A stretch of DNA of 64,000 nucleotides, from assembly GCA_038821645.1 (NCBI GenBank), contig JAWBDT010000007.1, forward strand, positions 1 to 64,000, written 5' to 3'. Positions 59,461-64,000 of the stretch are shown in pieces. A model generated the notes under the pieces. It did no database searches. It saw nothing but the letters and a program-made list of their open reading frames with translations, and was not told where the DNA came from. The position numbers were made by a program, and so were the translations under genes. This DNA is from Ignisphaera sp. GTDB lineage: Archaea; Thermoproteota; Thermoprotei_A; Sulfolobales; Ignisphaeraceae. Every line of letters begins with the position of its first letter. Positions within the stretch are counted from its first letter, which is position 1.

Positions 59461-60255
59461 ATGGTTCCTGAAGATCTGATGAAAGCCATATGGAACTTTA
59501 TGCAAACGTATCATCTTATTGAAGTTTTAGTAATTTCAATAATTGTTGCAATTATATATATAGCGATAAGGAGGATAGTATCCAGGTTTAGATCCAAAGG
59601 GTTTATATCACGAGGTACTGAAGAAACTATAAGGTTTGTATCTTTCACAGTTCTATCATTAATAGTTCTAGCTGTAGCAGTATCTTATTGGCTTCAGAAC
59701 TATATTACTGCAGCATTCTTTATCACAATACTTGCTATGTTTATAGGTGTAATGGTGTACTCTATAAGGACCTATATCGAAAATGCTTTATCGTATCTTA
59801 TATTCGTTACATCGAATATAGTAAGAGATGGTGAAAATGTGAAAATAGATTATGGTGGCAAGGTATATGAGGGAAGGATAAATATAACAGAAGGTAGTTA
59901 CGCAACCATTGCCACAGAAAACAAAACAGTCTTCATTCCATATAGTGTTCTTCTTAAGTCAGTAATAACCAAATCTCTACGTAATGTTGTTAAATTTAGG
60001 CTTAGAGTGAAGGGCCAAAATCTCGAACTTGATAAAGTTATTGAAAACATTAGAGAAACTGTGAAAGACTTGAAGATGATAAATAGAGAAAGTATTGATA
60101 TAAAACCTTTAGAAATAAAAGAAGATGAGATAATTCTCAACTTATCTTTTGAGGTGCCTAATCCTCGAAACATAGAAGAATGTTATGAGATGCTAGTAAA
60201 GCTATTGACACGAGAAATACCTTATAGACTATCATTCGAACTTATAATAGATTAA
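59461..60255 (+). CDS. MscS-like mechanosensitive channel
   Basis: Three N-terminal TMs, GENVKI...G.I, VFIPYS. Confidence 0.65.
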   Translation: MVPEDLMKAIWNFMQTYHLIEVLVISIIVAIIYIAIRRIVSRFRSKGFISRGTEETIRFVSFTVLSLIVLAVAVSYWLQNYITAAFFITILAMFIGVMVYSIRTYIENALSYLIFVTSNIVRDGENVKIDYGGKVYEGRINITEGSYATIATENKTVFIPYSVLLKSVITKSLRNVVKFRLRVKGQNLELDKVIENIRETVKDLKMINRESIDIKPLEIKEDEIILNLSFEVPNPRNIEECYEMLVKLLTREIPYRLSFELIID

Positions 60256-60286
60256 CAATGAAATTTGGTAAAGGCTATAAATAATT

Positions 60287-61453
60287 TTATACCTCATATT
60301 TTCTGTAATGCTCTCTTCTCTGCATTCCTTTCTCTATACGTTTTCTAAGTCTTCTACTCAGTATCTCCATAACTTCTCTAACACATGTAGGTAGATCCCA
60401 ACAAGCTGATCTAGCTACGCTATCGCCCATATTTGTAACAATTCTTGCAGAAACTTCATACATTCTCCTAATGTCTTTGTTCATCATAGTATCGGATTTC
60501 TTTAATGGTTTTACAGCAAGCTTGAAGTCTATAACATTTAGGTATCTAGAGATATCTGCTAAATAGCTATTGACAATTCTCTCTACATGTACTTTAGCAA
60601 TTTCATCATCTTCAACAGCTTTACTTATGCTAGCCTCTATAGGGTATATAGTTGCAGATTTTTCGACGTATTTCTTCAGGATATCTATACCGCTTAAAAC
60701 ACCTAATACATTATTGTCTTCCGTAATAACAGGTATACCGGTTATACGGTTATCTATCAAGAGTTTTACAGCATTTGAAAGAGATGAGTTAGCTATAATG
60801 GTTATTGGAGGTGATGACATGAAGTCACTAACAGGAGCTGCTAAAAACGATTCCTCACTTTCTATCCATTCATATCCCTTTCTCCTACTGAGCTTTATAC
60901 GATACAATCGTTCAACTATATCACTGAGAGATATAACTCCAGTAATTTTTTCAAAACGATTAACGACAGGAAGTCTGGAGAAGGTGTTTTTCAGCATAAG
61001 CCATCTAGCTCGAGCTATACTTTCCCATTCTTGTATAGTTACTGCAGGACTGCTCATAACTTTATCAACTGTTTCTCGTGGAACTAAATTCTTTTCATAC
61101 AGATACTTTAGAATAATATGTAAATTAACATGTCCAACAACTTCATTATCTTCATCAACTATAGGTACATCTCTAGCTCTCCAAGAAGCTATAACCGCTA
61201 TAGCCTTATCTATTGATTCATTCATTTTGATACTGTAGGGAGGATCCATAACTGTAGCTACTTTAGTCTCTCTACCTACACCCTTCATCAATATTGCTCT
61301 ATAGCTGAGAACACCAACAAGTACGTTTCTGTCATCAACTACAGGTGCCACTCTAATTCTATGTTCGCTCATTATTGAGAGAATTTCACCTATCTTCATC
61401 AATGGTTTGAGTAGTACTGGGGGATCTATAGCAATATCTATTATCGTTGACAT
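60287..61453 (-). CDS. Four-CBS-domain protein with a C-terminal HPF/RaiA-like domain (putative ribosome hibernation factor)
   Basis: CBS repeats (PVVD, PIVD, LPVV, IPVI); C-terminal DFKLAVK...YEVSARIVT...ARSACWDLPTCVREVMEILSRRLRK. Confidence 0.7.
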   Translation of the reverse strand: MSTIIDIAIDPPVLLKPLMKIGEILSIMSEHRIRVAPVVDDRNVLVGVLSYRAILMKGVGRETKVATVMDPPYSIKMNESIDKAIAVIASWRARDVPIVDEDNEVVGHVNLHIILKYLYEKNLVPRETVDKVMSSPAVTIQEWESIARARWLMLKNTFSRLPVVNRFEKITGVISLSDIVERLYRIKLSRRKGYEWIESEESFLAAPVSDFMSSPPITIIANSSLSNAVKLLIDNRITGIPVITEDNNVLGVLSGIDILKKYVEKSATIYPIEASISKAVEDDEIAKVHVERIVNSYLADISRYLNVIDFKLAVKPLKKSDTMMNKDIRRMYEVSARIVTNMGDSVARSACWDLPTCVREVMEILSRRLRKRIEKGMQRREHYRKYEV

Positions 61454-61501
61454 AAATTCTTACCTAAAACTATGTATCGGATTCTAGTATTTTAACATTC
61501 A

Positions 61502-61759
61502 TTAAAGGTTATTGATATGTTTCCTACAGAGGATTAAGTAGAATCTTTTCTTTGAACTTGATACTTCTTTACATATAATACCATTTCTAATCATATCAGC
61601 AATAGTCTTTCTCAGAAATAAACCATCGATGTATATACCCATAGACTCTAGCTCGTTTCTCAATTCTTCAAATAGTATACCATTATCAGAATATCTGGTG
61701 AGGATTTCTATAATGAATTTCTCGACATCTTTTCTTGAATAACTCATAGATTTCATCAC
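61502..61759 (-). CDS. Small winged-helix-like protein
   Basis: IIEIL...GILFEEL...LRKTIADMIRNGII.K...F wHTH pattern. Confidence 0.55.
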   Translation of the reverse strand: MMKSMSYSRKDVEKFIIEILTRYSDNGILFEELRNELESMGIYIDGLFLRKTIADMIRNGIICKEVSSSKKRFYLILCRKHINNL

Positions 61760-62537
61760 CCATAATTTTCTTCAGTTCTATAGGATCTACAGCAATCCAA
61801 GGCTTCAAATCTCTTAAACACAATCTCTTCACAACAGAAGGGTAAAGTACAACAATTTCTGGATCCAACATATATATAGTACTACTGTCTATATGGCTTA
61901 ACTTCTCTAAGAGCATAGAAAATGATTCTCTAGTACAAAAACTTATGGGAACAGCTATACGTAATCTGAAACCACTATCAATAATGTTTTCTACAGCTTT
62001 GATCTGGTATGTATGTACAGAACCCTCTATACCTGTGATACGTTCAAACTCTTCTTCAGAACATCCCTTTAGTGAAATCCTCAACATCACGATATCTCTA
62101 AAATCCTTAAGTATTTCAACAAAGCTCTTCTCTAAGCCTAAAAGCAGACCATTGGTCTCCAATATGAATACATTATTTCTTTCTCTAAATCTACTAAATG
62201 CTTCTATAACCTGAATGAGATGTTGAAAACCTAGTGTAGGTTCACCTCCACTAATTCTAATAAAATTATATCCCCTAGATCTAGCTATAGATATCAATTC
62301 TTTTACTACATCTATAGGCTTCATCATGAACCCCTTTCCTAGGTTATGGTTTGCTTTCCAACTCCAACAATATATACAATTAAACATACAACCTACAGCA
62401 TCAGCAACAGCAGAACCTCCATAATGTTTAGAGGCTCTAAACCTGTAGTACCTACGTAAATAGACACCATTTTCTTCATTTACTACGATTTTCTCTACAT
62501 ATTTCATGGTATCTAAGACGTTTTCTAGCTTCAACAT
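61686..62537 (-). CDS. Radical SAM protein (COG5014-like, paralog of 16940-17719)
   Basis: YYRFR...YGG..AD.VGCMFNCIYCW, RISGGEPT, LETNG, RISLKG. Confidence 0.85.
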   Translation of the reverse strand: MLKLENVLDTMKYVEKIVVNEENGVYLRRYYRFRASKHYGGSAVADAVGCMFNCIYCWSWKANHNLGKGFMMKPIDVVKELISIARSRGYNFIRISGGEPTLGFQHLIQVIEAFSRFRERNNVFILETNGLLLGLEKSFVEILKDFRDIVMLRISLKGCSEEEFERITGIEGSVHTYQIKAVENIIDSGFRLRIAVPISFCTRESFSMLLEKLSHIDSSTIYMLDPEIVVLYPSVVKRLCLRDLKPWIAVDPIELKKIMGDEIYELFKKRCREIHYRNPHQIF

Positions 62538-62878
62538 CTAACTCATCAACTCTCTCCTTACATACTAAATCTTAGTTAGAAGTATTTATCTTATCAGTTA
62601 ATGTACTGATCATCAATATGGAATATTTAGGTTTTGTTAAGCTATTGTGGTAATGGACAAGAATTTGAATCTATATGAATCACAATCAATTCAATATATA
62701 GAAATATATACAATAAGATATCAAACTGATTGTTAATGAATGTAGTGACTATGAATTGATTCTAACATCTATATTCAGTACATCAACACCTTTTGTATAT
62801 TGTTTACCACCATATAGAAATATCATGTGTATAGAACAACTAGAAAGTCTTTCGATAGTTCTTTGTATACATGTCAAG

Positions 62879-62910
62879 TTTAAGATACTTATCTAATTTA
62901 AGATACTTAT
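62879..62910. repeat. 14-bp tandem direct repeat, each copy with a TAAG-N3-CTTA palindrome
   Basis: TTTAAGATACTTAT at 62879-92 and 62897-910. Confidence 0.55.
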
Positions 62911-63063
62911 AGTAACATAATTGCTGGGCATGTCTGTTGATCGCCATAGATATTAGGGTTACAATTTTGTGCATTGGTGCTAGGGTATTGTAACTAAAAA
63001 GATACAATATGTTTTTAATTTGATTAAACTCACATATTATATATACAGGAAGGTCGATACAAG

Positions 63064-64000
63064 GTGCTATGTACCTCTAACATACCGTTGGGTAAAGTTG
63101 GCGTTATTTCATATCCAAGTTCTGTTGAGATAGTATCTAGACATCCTATTCCAATAGGAACTTATGTTGCTATACCATTCAAGGCTATAGATGTAGTATC
63201 GGGTAACACTATCGACTATTGTGCTATAGGGGTTATAAGTCAAACATCATACAGAAGACTTGTACCAACATCACCTTCAACTACTGCTAGTGAAGGTATA
63301 GGGTTAGAAGACGATATGCTTAGGTACGCTCCATCACTTGCTAGAATAATAGCACTTGTGAGTATTGATAATGAAGGAAAGCCTATGATTAAGATGCCAA
63401 ACATTCCTCCACCACCAGATGCACAAGTTTATTTAGCTCATACAGAGATCTTGTCCATGCTATTCAGCAGTAGGAAGGAAGGTTCGATAAAGATAGGGCA
63501 TCTGCTTACAGAACCTAGAGTCGAGATTTATGTTGATCTAAATGCTCTAGTAAAACATCTATTTATAACAGGTACAACAGGTTCTGGTAAGAGTAATACT
63601 GTAGCTATTTTAGCTGATCGTATGGCATCTTATGGAGGGACAGTAGTAATATACGATGTTCATGGCGAATATGGCTCACTTACACCATCATCAAACATAG
63701 ATATAGTAAATATTGATTATAAAATAAATCCTCTTGAAGTTCCACCAAAAGTTTTAGCAAGAATGATAGTACCTGAAGGTGGAGCAACTGTTCAAAGAAT
63801 GCTTGTCTCTAAAGCAATGGCGGAAGCTCAGAAGCTATTTAAAGAACTTGTAAAAGAGCATGGTATATCTGATAAAGTTATAGAGAGTATCTATTCAAAT
63901 GCATCATTCTCTAAACAAGAATTAAGCGAACTTCTTGAGTCATTAGAGACCGAGGCTGGAGAAATAGATACTGAAACAAAGCTCATCTATTTGTTTAGAT
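63064..64000 (+). CDS. herA: HerA-family helicase/ATPase (runs off the window end; absent from ORF track)
   Basis: Translated by hand: HAS-barrel-like N-terminus, IYVDLNALVKHLFITGTTGSGKSNTVAIL (Walker A), IYDVHGEY. Confidence 0.8.
   Translation, partial: MLCTSNIPLGKVGVISYPSSVEIVSRHPIPIGTYVAIPFKAIDVVSGNTIDYCAIGVISQTSYRRLVPTSPSTTASEGIGLEDDMLRYAPSLARIIALVSIDNEGKPMIKMPNIPPPPDAQVYLAHTEILSMLFSSRKEGSIKIGHLLTEPRVEIYVDLNALVKHLFITGTTGSGKSNTVAILADRMASYGGTVVIYDVHGEYGSLTPSSNIDIVNIDYKINPLEVPPKVLARMIVPEGGATVQRMLVSKAMAEAQKLFKELVKEHGISDKVIESIYSNASFSKQELSELLESLETEAGEIDTETKLIYLFR

Noticed and set aside
360-62214. Numerous short antisense ORFs in the track (for example 360-674, 8439-8879, 14450-15097, 60570-61238)
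   Set aside because: They are shadows of well-supported genes on the opposite strand, with Ser/Ile/Leu-rich antisense composition and no motifs

Overview
AT-rich archaeal chromosomal window. Gene content (XPB-Bax1, CdvB/ESCRT-III, aKMT, Nep1, FAU-1, DUF5622, DUF2192, C/D sRNAs, GGTGA ribosome-binding sites, frequent TTG/GTG starts) points to a hyperthermophilic crenarchaeote, probably Desulfurococcales (Ignisphaera-like; inferred). It is mostly housekeeping: DNA repair (xpb-bax1, udg, lhr, HhH-GPD, herA), RNA modification, mevalonate genes (HMG-CoA synthase, thiolase, DUF35), transporters (MATE, ECF, ZIP, Trk, MscS), five radical SAM genes, larB/larC and two tRNA-Leu genes. Items the ORF track misses or that deserve a second look: a FwdD-FwdB fusion with fwdC; a 47-aa 8-Cys acidic microprotein with an ATA start; a UDG that seems to need an ACG start; an RHH protein fused to an integrase core-binding domain with no catalytic domain; a decayed tRNA-Leu(CAG)-integrated element with a split-integrase signature; a glycosylase with two Fe-S-type Cys motifs; a CBS-HPF hibernation-factor-like protein; three C/D box sRNAs; and several perfect palindromes in promoter regions. 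No CRISPR array or rRNA was seen. All calls come from motif recognition by eye; no searches were run.
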